Shown here piece after piece: positions 1 to 9,130 of a DNA stretch of 60,116 bases. The stretch spans positions 18,736 through 78,851 of the forward strand of contig CAXUIS010000002.1 in the NCBI GenBank assembly GCA_964250915.1, written 5' to 3'. This stretch comes from an uncultured Ktedonobacteraceae bacterium (GTDB lineage: Bacteria > Chloroflexota > Ktedonobacteria > Ktedonobacterales > Ktedonobacteraceae). Under the pieces are notes generated by a model. That model was not told the origin of the DNA and searched no databases. It worked only from the letters and a program-made list of their open reading frames with translations. Position numbers and translations under genes: made by a program. The number at the start of each line of letters is the position of its first letter. Position 1 is the first letter of the stretch.

Positions 1-207
1 ATAACCATAGAGGAACATGTTTCCTGTCTCAACAGCCGTAGTTTTTCTCGAAGAGTAGTTTTTTGCTTGCATAGAGCATATTGTATCATGTAGATAGCCA
101 CTGACTTTATACTTTCTTTAGAGTTTCTTATTGACATGAGACTACGTTGAAGCTATGCTATTCGCAGAGAACTATCTGATAGATTTTATAATGGTCAAAT
201 GACCATT

Positions 208-327
208 GTAGGGACCACGTTTACGGCGTCCGACGCGCAATTCATTGCGCGAGATACACGTTTCATCTTTTCTTGTTGCAATTATAGGCGATAAATCGCC
301 TGTGGACGCCGTAAACGTGATCCCTAC
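208..327. repeat. Composite inverted-repeat element (family B): 24-nt arms enclosing two small hairpins
   Basis: Arms GTAGGGACCACGTTTACGGCGTCC (208-231) and GGACGCCGTAAACGTGATCCCTAC (304-327) are 23/24 complementary. Inside are 6-bp hairpins at 235-250 (GCGCAA-TTCA-TTGCGC) and 286-301 (AGGCGA-TAAA-TCGCCT). An 18-bp palindrome AATGGTCA-AA-TGACCATT (190-207) abuts the left arm. A degenerate arm recurs at 15628-15652. Confidence 0.7.
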
Positions 328-374
328 GACAATCTGTCATACTCGTACAGAATTTTGAAAAAGAGAGAATACTC

Positions 375-881
375 ATGATAGATATACGACGCTCGTGGGG
401 ACAACTGACGCTGCTGGTTCTGGCACTCGTGGGGGTGAGTATCTCCGTTTACTTAACCTCCGTTCACTATGATAATGCTCCGCTTGTCTGCTCGGCAAGT
501 GGCGTTGTTGATTGCGCACGTGTCCTTGCTAGCCCTTATTCTGTTGTGCCTGGAACAACGATACCCATTAGTGTCCCTGGACTTCTTTGGTGCATTGTTA
601 TGGGTGCGTTGGCATTTACTACATGGCGTATTTTGCCAGAAAGACGAGGTTTGCTAATTGCGGAACTCGTTTGGGCAATATCTGGCATTGTGACAGTACT
701 CTATCTTGTTTTTGTAGAACTTGTGCGCTTACATACAATTTGCGCGTGGTGTACAGGACTACATGTCATCATTCTTGCCATGCTCCTCATCACGGTTATA
801 CAGGTACAACAATCGAGTTCAGAATTGGAAGAGATTGAAGAGGAGGAAGAGAAGCCATCCGTCGTTTCCAGACGTGGATAA
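375..881 (+). CDS. Vitamin K epoxide reductase (VKOR) family membrane oxidoreductase
   Basis: 168-aa ORF with several hydrophobic helices, a loop Cys pair (CSASGVVDC) and a CAWC redox motif inside a late helix, the VKOR/DsbB-like pattern. Acidic C-terminal tail. Confidence 0.75.
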   Translation: MIDIRRSWGQLTLLVLALVGVSISVYLTSVHYDNAPLVCSASGVVDCARVLASPYSVVPGTTIPISVPGLLWCIVMGALAFTTWRILPERRGLLIAELVWAISGIVTVLYLVFVELVRLHTICAWCTGLHVIILAMLLITVIQVQQSSSELEEIEEEEEKPSVVSRRG

Positions 882-986
882 TATGTCTCACGCTCTCCTT
901 ACGTTGTTATTGTAACACGGACCTATAGATAGGCATCGAGCATATGCCTGTCCCGTTTCTTGTTAACTTTGTGAGGAGGATAGAAT

Positions 987-1490
987 ATGAAACGCTGGCT
1001 TCTCTCTATTATAGTACTTGCTATTGTGCTAGCAGGCAGTTTTGTGTTTTGGAAGCCTATACAGCATGTTCTGTTTCCAACATCGCCGCATTCTGGACTT
1101 TTACGTACACCTAATAGCGCATACAAATATGACTTGTGTACAGAGGCATTTGCATTTGCACATGCAGATGCAAGTAATCCTTACAAAACTGAATATAGTT
1201 TTGTCGATCCATTTCGGCACTCTAACGATTCCATTACTCCACGCTTGATGGATTATGATGCATCGACTGGAACCGTCAATTTCGTCGTCGATGTTGTGGT
1301 CAATCAGGTCGCAACCTTCCATGAGTCGATTAGCCATGTACATGAACTTGATGGGATTTCTGTCCTACTACCAGACAAAGAGAACCATACTCAACATTCT
1401 GGCATCCCACAATTCATTGTCAGCTCATTTGGAACAGGTAGCATCGCTGTACTTGACTATACATGCCCTAACCAATGGGTGTGGAAGTAG
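987..1490 (+). CDS. Hypothetical protein with N-terminal membrane anchor or signal peptide
   Basis: GAGGAGG Shine-Dalgarno shortly upstream of the ATG; one N-terminal hydrophobic helix (LLSIIVLAIVLAGSFVF); no family recognised. Confidence 0.55.
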   Translation: MKRWLLSIIVLAIVLAGSFVFWKPIQHVLFPTSPHSGLLRTPNSAYKYDLCTEAFAFAHADASNPYKTEYSFVDPFRHSNDSITPRLMDYDASTGTVNFVVDVVVNQVATFHESISHVHELDGISVLLPDKENHTQHSGIPQFIVSSFGTGSIAVLDYTCPNQWVWK

Positions 1491-1540
1491 TAGGAGTACT
1501 CTTGTCTTCTACTTGACTTTTGTAGTATGATTACGTTGAA

Positions 1541-1613
1541 GTTGGCGTAGCTCAGTGGATAGAGCGTCCGCCTCCGAAGCGGAAGGGCGTGGGTTCAAAT
1601 CCCGTCGCCAACA
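1541..1613 (+). tRNA. tRNA-Arg (anticodon CCG)
   Basis: 73-nt cloverleaf folded by eye: acceptor GTTGGCG/CGCCAAC, D arm GCTC-AGTGGATA-GAGC, anticodon stem TCCGC/GCGGA with loop CTCCGAA, T arm GTGGG-TTCAAAT-CCCGT, discriminator A. CCA is not encoded. Confidence 0.9.
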
Positions 1614-1623
1614 TTATATTTCG

Positions 1624-1665
1624 TCAATAAAAAGCTATGGCAGTTCTGCCATAGCTTTTTATTGA
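1624..1665. terminator. Bidirectional intrinsic terminator
   Basis: Perfect 19-bp stem TCAATAAAAAGCTATGGCA / TGCCATAGCTTTTTATTGA with a 4-nt loop. The GC core is flanked by A5 and T5, so a U-tract follows on either strand. It lies between tRNA-Arg (+) and the DUF2267 gene (-). Confidence 0.75.
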
Positions 1666-1678
1666 CCATAAAACCAGC

Positions 1679-2101
1679 TTACTCTGAAACCTCGTCCCCC
1701 AATTCGGGAATTTCGCCTTCGTTTTGTACATCGAATAGTTTGGCAAAGTCGGGCGGCAGTTGCGCACGTACATCATCTATCTCCCCAACAGAGACAGCTT
1801 CACTTAACAAGGCACAGACGACACGAGCATGAAATGTAGATTCTGTTAGCTCAACACCCTCACGTTCGCTGATACGGTAGAAAAACTCGTCAAGGCCATA
1901 GCTATCACCAATACCAGCATAGGCTGGTTGAAGATACAACGCGATCTCCTGTGGCAGTTGTGCCGCAAGTTGTGTAGCCTCATTGCCTTGCAAACGTCCC
2001 GCTAATGTTTCAAGTGTGGCCTTCGTCGCCTTCTCTGCCTCTTCACTGGTACCAAGACGAGCACGACGGCGAACCTGAGCGATAAACTCTTCGTATTTCA
2101 T
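1679..2101 (-). CDS. DUF2267 domain protein
   Basis: MKYEEFIAQVRRRARL...ATLETLAGRL pattern typical of DUF2267. Start moved to the ATG at 2101, which has a GGAG about 10 nt upstream; the longer ORF to 2155 has no SD. Confidence 0.65.
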   Translation of the reverse strand: MKYEEFIAQVRRRARLGTSEEAEKATKATLETLAGRLQGNEATQLAAQLPQEIALYLQPAYAGIGDSYGLDEFFYRISEREGVELTESTFHARVVCALLSEAVSVGEIDDVRAQLPPDFAKLFDVQNEGEIPELGDEVSE

Positions 2102-2260
2102 ATGATTATACTCCACTGTGTGGTATCGTAGTGACAATATTTCATCTAATAGCACGCCTGAGCACCAACAAAAGTTTCCTTATTTCCCCATTGACAACTA
2201 TCAATTCTTTTGTTATATTTTTGATTGTATATAATATATCGAATAAGCGAGTATGGATTT

Positions 2261-3094
2261 ATGATACAACAGCAACAGTCTGAAAATGATAATCACCAAA
2301 TCGGCCTACGTCGTCAATATATTGCGCAACAGCAAACACTTCCGCAGCCTGTTCCCTTTTCTCCACCACTGAGCTCTGTACTTCCTTCTAATAATATGCC
2401 AAACTTGCAGCAGCCTGTACCTCTTGCGGCACCTATGCCACCCTCACCTCTATCAAAGAAAAAACTTATTGCTCGCATTATCACTGTATCTCTTGTGATA
2501 GGGTTAGCTGGGGCAATTTATGGTGTCTGGCATTCAGCTACACCAACTACGACGACGACAACAACAACGACAGGTTCGAGCGCAAGTGTTACGCAACAAA
2601 ATTTCTCAACCTCTAGCACTGTCGTCTCAACAACTGATGGGATACGAGTATACGTCGTGGGAGCAGTCAAGCATCCTGGAATTTACACATTATCATCAGG
2701 GGCACGAGTATATGATCTTATACAAGCAGCGGGTGGCACACTGCCTAGTGCTAACCTTGTAGCAATCAATCTCGCGGCGAAACTAAGCGATGGACAGGAA
2801 GTGTACATAACACAGGTGGGCGAAACGCCACCAACCTATACGGGGGGAGTCGCTGGTACTACAAGCAGTAGCACACCAGGAGTAGTAAGTAGTAGCACCT
2901 CAAGCGGTCAACTTGTCAATGTGAATACAGCAAGTGTCGATGAACTTAGCCAGAACCTGCATATTAGCAAAAAATCTGCACAAACCATTGTAAACTATAG
3001 AACACAACACGGCGACTTCTCTAGCGTAGATTCATTAGCACAGGTTGTAAGTCGCACCATATACAACAAAATAAAGGCGCAATGTACGGTATAA
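2261..3094 (+). CDS. comEA: ComEA-type competence DNA-binding protein (SLBB + helix-hairpin-helix)
   Basis: TM anchor, Thr/Ser-rich linker, SLBB-like segment (IRVYVVGAVKHPGIYTL...DGQEVYI) and C-terminal HhH (VNVNTASVDEL...IVNYRTQHGDFSSVDSL). ATG at 2261 preferred over TTG at 2225. Confidence 0.8.
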   Translation: MIQQQQSENDNHQIGLRRQYIAQQQTLPQPVPFSPPLSSVLPSNNMPNLQQPVPLAAPMPPSPLSKKKLIARIITVSLVIGLAGAIYGVWHSATPTTTTTTTTTGSSASVTQQNFSTSSTVVSTTDGIRVYVVGAVKHPGIYTLSSGARVYDLIQAAGGTLPSANLVAINLAAKLSDGQEVYITQVGETPPTYTGGVAGTTSSSTPGVVSSSTSSGQLVNVNTASVDELSQNLHISKKSAQTIVNYRTQHGDFSSVDSLAQVVSRTIYNKIKAQCTV

Positions 3095-3135
3095 TATATA
3101 TTGTATTTTCTCTTATAGCGAAATGGGAATGCTCT

Positions 3136-3408
3136 ATGACATTAACAAATGGTTTTGTTTTATTGCTGAGTGGGGTTGTGTGGCTGATTTGTATTCTCCT
3201 GGGTGCTGGCATTGGTACATTAGCCGGAAGACCAGTTGGCACACTATTAGGCTGGATGGTCGCAAACTCGCTTGATGAGAATATTGTCAAAGGGGGACGC
3301 CTTGGTCAACACTTTGGAAGATTTCTAGGCGTTGTAATTGGCGTTGGTACAGGTGTTTATGCTGCGGTTCACATTACGGCGTATGTTACGCAGACGGTGC
3401 ATGTCTAA
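3136..3408 (+). CDS. Small Gly-rich membrane protein, hypothetical
   Basis: Two or three hydrophobic helices. Start set to the ATG at 3136 to avoid overlap with comEA. Confidence 0.45.
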   Translation: MTLTNGFVLLLSGVVWLICILLGAGIGTLAGRPVGTLLGWMVANSLDENIVKGGRLGQHFGRFLGVVIGVGTGVYAAVHITAYVTQTVHV

Positions 3409-3449
3409 TTTTTTATTGTTTTGTATAGTGTTCTTTGTAGAGCGTCATT

Positions 3450-5966
3450 GTGCAACAACAAAAAACAGTCTCCATTGATCTGCACGGGCTAACGCTTGTG
3501 CTACTAGCTGGTGCATGGCTAGCGGGCATACTTCTTGATGCCCTTGCTCCTTTACCAGCACTCGCACTACTTGTAGGTGCAGGAACAGCACTACTTTTCC
3601 TCTTTCCGCTCTGGTATAACCCTCAAGGTCGCCTCATTATGCTCCTCATCGCATGCCTTTTCTTCGGGGCCTATCGCTACACACTCTCTTCACCTCTAAC
3701 TGATACCAAAGCTATCAGCACATATAATGATGAGAATGTCACTATTCAAGGTACTGTCTCTGATGAACCCAAAATACAGGGGCGTAGCCGTGTCCTTATT
3801 ATCTCAGTCACACAAGTTCTTAATCCCAAAACGGCTAGCTGGCAAGACGCCGATGGACAGGTTTCAGTACAAACGTTAGGAACGCTTATCGAAGACCCAT
3901 ATGGAGCAAACTACGGTGATGTCGTTGAGCTACAGGGAAAGCTTCAGAAACCACAACTCCCTGGCTCGCCTAGCATCTTTGCAAGTATGGCATTTCCTCG
4001 TATCACAATCTACCAAAACGAGAGCAATCCGATTATCGCTTTTTTCTACCACCTACGTGTAACGTTAGCAACAATCATCGACCAATCACTACCACAACCC
4101 GAAGCTGCCTTGTTGATAGCTATTCTTCTCAGTCTGCGTACTCCTGCACTGAAACCTCTTATTGCAGCATTTAATGCGACGGGATGCGCCCATCTTATTG
4201 CACCTTCAGGTTTCAAGGTGACGATTATGGCGGGTCTTGTTGTCAACAGCCTAAAAAGGCTATATGAATCACCAAAGTCTTCTCAAAAACTTTTACCTGC
4301 TCAACGACGCGGGAATTGGAGGCGTGGCCTAGTAACATTCTTTGTACTAGTGAGCGTAGTTGTGTATACATTGCTTAGTGGTGCTGGACCTGCTGCACTT
4401 CGTGCAGGCATTATGGGAGCGTTACTCGTTATAGCACCACGTATTGGACGCATCTACAATGTCTATACAGCACTTGCACTCTCGGCTCTACTTATGAGCG
4501 TGTTTGATCCGTTTGTCCTGTGGGATATAGGTTTCTTACTATCGTTTATTGGTACACTTGGTATCGTTCTTTTCACCCCTTTTTTTCAGTTCTATATCCG
4601 TTTTTTAAATCGTCTTCCTCTTGGCACACACCTTACGGAAATACTAGCTGCAACGTTAGCTGCAATAACAGTAACGTTACCGCTCTTTGCCATAAACTTC
4701 CATGAAGTATCATTTATCGCGCCAGTGACAAATATCCTTACCGTTCCCCTATTAGGTCTAGTACTTACATTAGGGCTGTTCATATGCATCGCAGGATTGT
4801 TTTTTTTACCGCTTGCAACACTGCTAGGCTACATCGCATGGCCTTTTCTTATATATATACACGCGGTAGTCACATGGTGTTTCAATTTGCCAGGATCATA
4901 TATAAGCGTTGGTACACTTGATAGCAGTCTTGCATGGATATACTACGCATTTCTTGCACTCACAGTATATGGAGTATGGCAGAGACGAATTTTCCCTATC
5001 TCTGAAATGACGCATGGACATCAACCACTTTTCTCATGGTCACAGCGTACTCGACTCGTCGTACAAGTAAGCATAGCACTGCTTATTGTGTTAGCAACTG
5101 GTACAACAGCTCTTGCGACACGGCCTGATGGTCGATTCACAGTCACGTTTCTCGATGTTGGTCCTGTCGGGCAACAACCGCAAGGCGAGGCTATTCTCGT
5201 ACATACACCTGATGCGAAAACAATTTTAATTGATGGTGGTCTGGATGCTACATCACTCTCGCAAGAGCTAGATAGCCGCCTTCCGTCATGGCAGCGCACG
5301 CTGGATGCGGTAATACTTACCTCGCCACGTTCTGAACATCTTGCAGGTCTACAAGATATCGTGACCCGCTTCCAGATTGGTGAAGTGATTGATGCGGGAA
5401 TGCTTCATCCAAGTGCTGCCTATGCCTTGTGGCGAAGAACTATTCGAGATAGAGGATTGCGTTATATCCCTGTCACACAAGGTATAATTCTTACAGTTGG
5501 AACACAAGTGACGCTGCAAATACTGTGGCCCATGGCTTCGCTACACAAAGGCACAAGCGAAATACGTGATAATGGGCTTGTAGTACGACTCGTTGGACCC
5601 GATTTTAGTCTACTGTTACTAGGATCGACCGCACAAAGCAAGTATGCATTAGCCGGTTTGCTAGCAACACTTCCTCTCAACTATCTGCATACGTCAATCG
5701 TACAAGTAATAGGAGAAGTTGATAAACAGTTTCCCGTTGAGTTGACAGAAGTGTTGCAGCAAGCGCAACCTTCCCTTCTGGTCATCACACCCGCTATACT
5801 GAGTGCGAAATTGCGCAAAAGTGGTGCGACCTCCGTTATCGCATTGCCACCGCCGTTATCATTAAAAACTAATGATGTACTTCATACGCAAGTTGTACAA
5901 ACAGCACAGGTGGGAACGCTGGAAATTAGTGGGAGTGCTGGCAGTTGGAGCATCAATACAACATAA
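3450..5966 (+). CDS. comEC: ComEC/Rec2 DNA internalisation channel with C-terminal metallo-beta-lactamase domain
   Basis: 838-aa polytopic protein with an N-terminal OB-like region, a central competence domain (multiple TMs) and a C-terminal segment TFLDVGPVGQQPQGEAILV...LIDGG characteristic of the ComEC MBL domain. It follows comEA. Confidence 0.85.
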   Translation: MQQQKTVSIDLHGLTLVLLAGAWLAGILLDALAPLPALALLVGAGTALLFLFPLWYNPQGRLIMLLIACLFFGAYRYTLSSPLTDTKAISTYNDENVTIQGTVSDEPKIQGRSRVLIISVTQVLNPKTASWQDADGQVSVQTLGTLIEDPYGANYGDVVELQGKLQKPQLPGSPSIFASMAFPRITIYQNESNPIIAFFYHLRVTLATIIDQSLPQPEAALLIAILLSLRTPALKPLIAAFNATGCAHLIAPSGFKVTIMAGLVVNSLKRLYESPKSSQKLLPAQRRGNWRRGLVTFFVLVSVVVYTLLSGAGPAALRAGIMGALLVIAPRIGRIYNVYTALALSALLMSVFDPFVLWDIGFLLSFIGTLGIVLFTPFFQFYIRFLNRLPLGTHLTEILAATLAAITVTLPLFAINFHEVSFIAPVTNILTVPLLGLVLTLGLFICIAGLFFLPLATLLGYIAWPFLIYIHAVVTWCFNLPGSYISVGTLDSSLAWIYYAFLALTVYGVWQRRIFPISEMTHGHQPLFSWSQRTRLVVQVSIALLIVLATGTTALATRPDGRFTVTFLDVGPVGQQPQGEAILVHTPDAKTILIDGGLDATSLSQELDSRLPSWQRTLDAVILTSPRSEHLAGLQDIVTRFQIGEVIDAGMLHPSAAYALWRRTIRDRGLRYIPVTQGIILTVGTQVTLQILWPMASLHKGTSEIRDNGLVVRLVGPDFSLLLLGSTAQSKYALAGLLATLPLNYLHTSIVQVIGEVDKQFPVELTEVLQQAQPSLLVITPAILSAKLRKSGATSVIALPPPLSLKTNDVLHTQVVQTAQVGTLEISGSAGSWSINTT

Positions 5967-6048
5967 CTCTCTGATACAAGCGCGAATAGTATAACACAAT
6001 AGACTGTTTCCTGTAGGAAACATGCTAGAATAAAGGGATACAACAACT

Positions 6049-6681
6049 ATGTTCTGTGATCGTTGTGGAAAAGAGATAGCTTCTACAGCTACACACTGCC
6101 CCTTCTGTGGAATGCCTGCTGAACACGAAGTGCAGTACACACTACCCTCCACCTATCAGGTGCAACCGCGACCTCCACAGGACGATCTTAGTAGTTTTGG
6201 TGGACCACCTTTGTATCAAGCTGGATATAGTGCTGTTCCACCTCCACTGCAACAGGGCGGATACATACCATTTCCCCAGCAAACGCCAGGATATGCACCA
6301 GTTTCTTATGCTCCTCCCCATCCACAAGTAAATGTCACTGTAGTACAAAATACGGGAAGTGATGGTCCACTTGTAGCAGAGATTTTGTTATCACTCTTTG
6401 GCATCTTTGGTATAGGGTGGATACTAGGTGGAGAGACGACAACTGGCGTGATTCTTTTGCTTTGTAGTATCTTCATTTATTGGCCTATGATGTTTTTAGG
6501 CACATTGTTTACATTTGGTATAGGATTAATTTGTCTTGGGCCACTTGCGATTGGCGCAATTATTCTCAACGCAATTTTGTGTAATCGAGCACTAAAACGT
6601 CGAGCAGCAAGACTTATTGTAGTGCAAACAACACCACCTCCTCATATACCAATGCAACCACCCATGCAAAGACCTCAGTAA
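6049..6681 (+). CDS. Zinc-ribbon domain membrane protein
   Basis: N-terminal CDRCG...CPFCG zinc ribbon, Pro/Gln-rich linker, three or four C-terminal TM helices. AAGGG SD upstream. Confidence 0.65.
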   Translation: MFCDRCGKEIASTATHCPFCGMPAEHEVQYTLPSTYQVQPRPPQDDLSSFGGPPLYQAGYSAVPPPLQQGGYIPFPQQTPGYAPVSYAPPHPQVNVTVVQNTGSDGPLVAEILLSLFGIFGIGWILGGETTTGVILLLCSIFIYWPMMFLGTLFTFGIGLICLGPLAIGAIILNAILCNRALKRRAARLIVVQTTPPPHIPMQPPMQRPQ

Positions 6682-6748
6682 CATACTACGGATATGATTG
6701 ACGATGGATATATCGTGTCCATCGTCAATCATATCCGTAGTATGTTAC
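6678..6748. terminator. Perfect 31-bp hairpin between convergent genes, overlapping both stop codons
   Basis: GTAACATACTACGGATATGATTGACGATGGA (6678-6708), 9-nt loop, exact complement at 6718-6748. TAA of the + gene is at 6679-6681; the stop of the - gene is at 6745-6747. No clear U-tract. Confidence 0.6.
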
Positions 6749-7773
6749 TTTGGAAATGCAAGACGACGATATTTTTCTCTGGACTCTAACCATGCTTCAT
6801 CGGAGAGACCCATTTTTTCACGCAATGTTTCTGGCGTCACTCCTGCTTTCAGTTGCTGCACAGCAAAGGTGTCGCGGAGCAACTGCAATGTGACGCGCTT
6901 CTTGATATTCGCTGCCTTCACAGCTTTTGCTAATATATAGTTCAAATTGCGGTCTGTACAGGCAAACACCTCATCGGTGAGATGATATTTCTGTTGGTAC
7001 GCGCGAAAAATCTGTGTGAACTCGGATGGCAGAGCAAGACGACGCTCCCGGTGCTGTTTATTTGTCGAGGCAGCAAAATGCACCGTTACCAGAGGGACAC
7101 GTTCGTCCGAGAGATCGACCTGATGCACTTTTAGCCCCATAACCTCTTCCTTTTTCAGACCGGCATGTAACACGAGATAGACAAGGCAGTGGCAACGCGG
7201 GTCTTCTTCAGAAACGGTCAGCAAACGTTGTATCTCGTCGGCAAACAATAATTCTGGCAATGGTGGTAGTGGACGCTCAAGCGTCAAACTCGCGGCTGGA
7301 TCCTCTTTTATCACCGATTCGCGATGTAGCCAGGAAAAGAAGTTTTTCAGGAACGTGACACGGCGCGCCATTGTCTTTGGGGCAGGTACCTGTCCCTTTG
7401 TCCCAAACTTGAGTTTCATGAGCCAATCAGTGAGTTGCTCTTTTGAGAGACGCCCAACTGGAGTGTCGTACCCTGTATAGTCACTGAACATCTTGAGGTC
7501 TGACAGGAAACATGTCACAGTATAGTTCGACTTTCCGCGCAACATCAATTCTTGCTGGTAGGGAATGGCACATGCAGCAAGACTCGATTGATCAGTGAGA
7601 GGATTTGTGCGTACCAACGGTGGAAATGGAGTTTCTAATGGGTCAGGAGGTTCTGCTATCACTGTTGGAGCACCGAAAAGATTGCTTTGTAGAACGGTGC
7701 TATCCTCGCTACGTGTTGGCTCTGCTGGCCTTGTTTGCTGAGCCTGATGCTCCTGTTGAATATCCTTCTGCAT
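6745..7773 (-). CDS. Tyrosine-recombinase (XerC/D, phage-integrase) fold protein with degenerate catalytic residues
   Basis: N-terminal SAM-like core-binding region and C-terminal box I/II aligned by eye to XerD. AGLKKEEV replaces GLRxxE, LQLLRDTFA replaces HxLRHxFA, MGLSD replaces LGHSD, and the terminal Tyr (EKY) is retained. AAGGAG SD before the ATG. 70-aa Pro/Gln-rich N-terminal extension. Confidence 0.7.
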   Translation of the reverse strand: MQKDIQQEHQAQQTRPAEPTRSEDSTVLQSNLFGAPTVIAEPPDPLETPFPPLVRTNPLTDQSSLAACAIPYQQELMLRGKSNYTVTCFLSDLKMFSDYTGYDTPVGRLSKEQLTDWLMKLKFGTKGQVPAPKTMARRVTFLKNFFSWLHRESVIKEDPAASLTLERPLPPLPELLFADEIQRLLTVSEEDPRCHCLVYLVLHAGLKKEEVMGLKVHQVDLSDERVPLVTVHFAASTNKQHRERRLALPSEFTQIFRAYQQKYHLTDEVFACTDRNLNYILAKAVKAANIKKRVTLQLLRDTFAVQQLKAGVTPETLREKMGLSDEAWLESREKYRRLAFPK

Positions 7774-7789
7774 ATCTTAAACGCTCTCC

Positions 7790-8050
7790 TTGAGAATAGA
7801 ATGTGTGGTCTGATATCTCCCTCATTTTTCATTATAGCAGAACAGGTCTAGTAGGTGTGACATCCACTCAATACCGTAGAACGATATGAGCTTCCTCGCC
7901 TCACGACAAGGCTTTCCTGCTTCGTTGAGACGTGCCTAGTCGGGCTTTCGCTCTCCCAGGTCTTACAGCCTCTCCACAGGCTGAAACGGCAAGTCCTGCC
8001 GCCAGCACGTTTTTTGCTGCATTGATATCTCGATCATGGAAGACGCCACA
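7790..8050 (-). ncRNA. Expected TnpB omega/reRNA region (3' end of tnpB plus right end); boundaries not determined
   Basis: Placed purely from established knowledge that IS200/IS605 TnpB guide RNAs derive from the tnpB 3' end plus the transposon right end. I could not fold or recognise the scaffold by eye. Confidence 0.3.
7831..7839 (-). promoter_or_regulatory. Candidate extended -10 (TGCTATAAT) for the recombinase-like gene
   Basis: Reverse complement of ATTATAGCA at 7831-7839 reads TGCTATAAT, about 58 nt upstream of the ATG at 7773. No good -35 found. Confidence 0.3.
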
Positions 8051-9130
8051 TTCGGGACAGGTCCATGAACGGATATCAAGCAGTAAGGAGTCGAGAATAT
8101 GCCCACACTCATTGCAGCGTTTGGAAGAGGGATACCACTTGTCTATCTTGACAAGGGTACGTCCGTACCAGGTGGCTTTATACTCCAACTGACGGACAAA
8201 CTCACTCCATCCCACGTCTTGTATGGCCTTAGCAAGGTTGTGGTTCTTGACCATATTCTTGACTTGGAGACTCTCGACACAGACGACTTGGTTTTCGCGT
8301 ATGATGGTTGTCGAAAGTTTGTGCTGATAGTCCCGTCTTCTATCAGCAATCTTCTTGTGGCACCGTGCAACTTTCAAACGGGCTTTGTCTTTATTCTTTG
8401 ACCCTTTGTTCTTTTTCGCATGACGACGTTGCAGTTTTGCCAGCTTCTTTTCGTCGTGAGCAAAGAACTTCGGATTGCCGTAGGTGTGTCCATCACTGGT
8501 GATCACCATGCTCTTGAGTCCTACATCAAGCCCGACCATCTTGTTGACAACAGGCAAAGGCTTGATCTCTTCCTCAACAAGGATGGAGACAAAGTAACGG
8601 TCTGCTTCATCTTTGGTAATCGTGATGGATGAAGGCTTGCATCCTTCGGGCAAGGGGCGGCTCCAGACAATGTCTAAAGGAGTAGACAGACGAGCAGGGG
8701 TTAAAGACGTGCCTTTGAGGGTAAAGGCCGTTCCCACATACGTAGCATGTTGTTGATGGCTCTTTTTCTTGAATGTGGGATACTGTGCATGTCCTTCAAA
8801 AAAGTTGAGCATTGCCCTATCTAGGTGTCGTAGGGATTGTTGGAGGGGAACACTGGCAACATCAGCAAGCCATTCATACGCTTCTTGCTGTTTGAGCAAA
8901 GTCAAACGTTGGGCAAGTCCTTCGTAAGAGAGACGCTCACCACGTTTGTAGTACGCGTCTGTCCGTTCTCGCAATGCCCAATTGTAGACAAAGCGACAAC
9001 ACCCGAAAGTACGGGCGAGGATATGCTGTTGTTCCTCGGTTGGATAAAACCGATATTTGTAGGCTTTTTGCTGTTTCGTGTTCACGTCTACAGGATACCA
9101 CATATCATGTAGAATATCAAGCATTTTCAC
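7901..9130 (-). CDS. tnpB: RNA-guided endonuclease TnpB (IS605 OrfB family)
   Basis: KAYKYRFYPT N-terminus, RuvC-I GLDVGLK, RuvC-II VVCVESL, zinc ribbon CNECG...CPECG, RuvC-III HDRDINAAKN. About 408 aa, like characterised TnpB. GTG at 9130 or ATG at 9124. Confidence 0.9.
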   Translation of the reverse strand: MKMLDILHDMWYPVDVNTKQQKAYKYRFYPTEEQQHILARTFGCCRFVYNWALRERTDAYYKRGERLSYEGLAQRLTLLKQQEAYEWLADVASVPLQQSLRHLDRAMLNFFEGHAQYPTFKKKSHQQHATYVGTAFTLKGTSLTPARLSTPLDIVWSRPLPEGCKPSSITITKDEADRYFVSILVEEEIKPLPVVNKMVGLDVGLKSMVITSDGHTYGNPKFFAHDEKKLAKLQRRHAKKNKGSKNKDKARLKVARCHKKIADRRRDYQHKLSTTIIRENQVVCVESLQVKNMVKNHNLAKAIQDVGWSEFVRQLEYKATWYGRTLVKIDKWYPSSKRCNECGHILDSLLLDIRSWTCPECGVFHDRDINAAKNVLAAGLAVSACGEAVRPGRAKARLGTSQRSRKALS

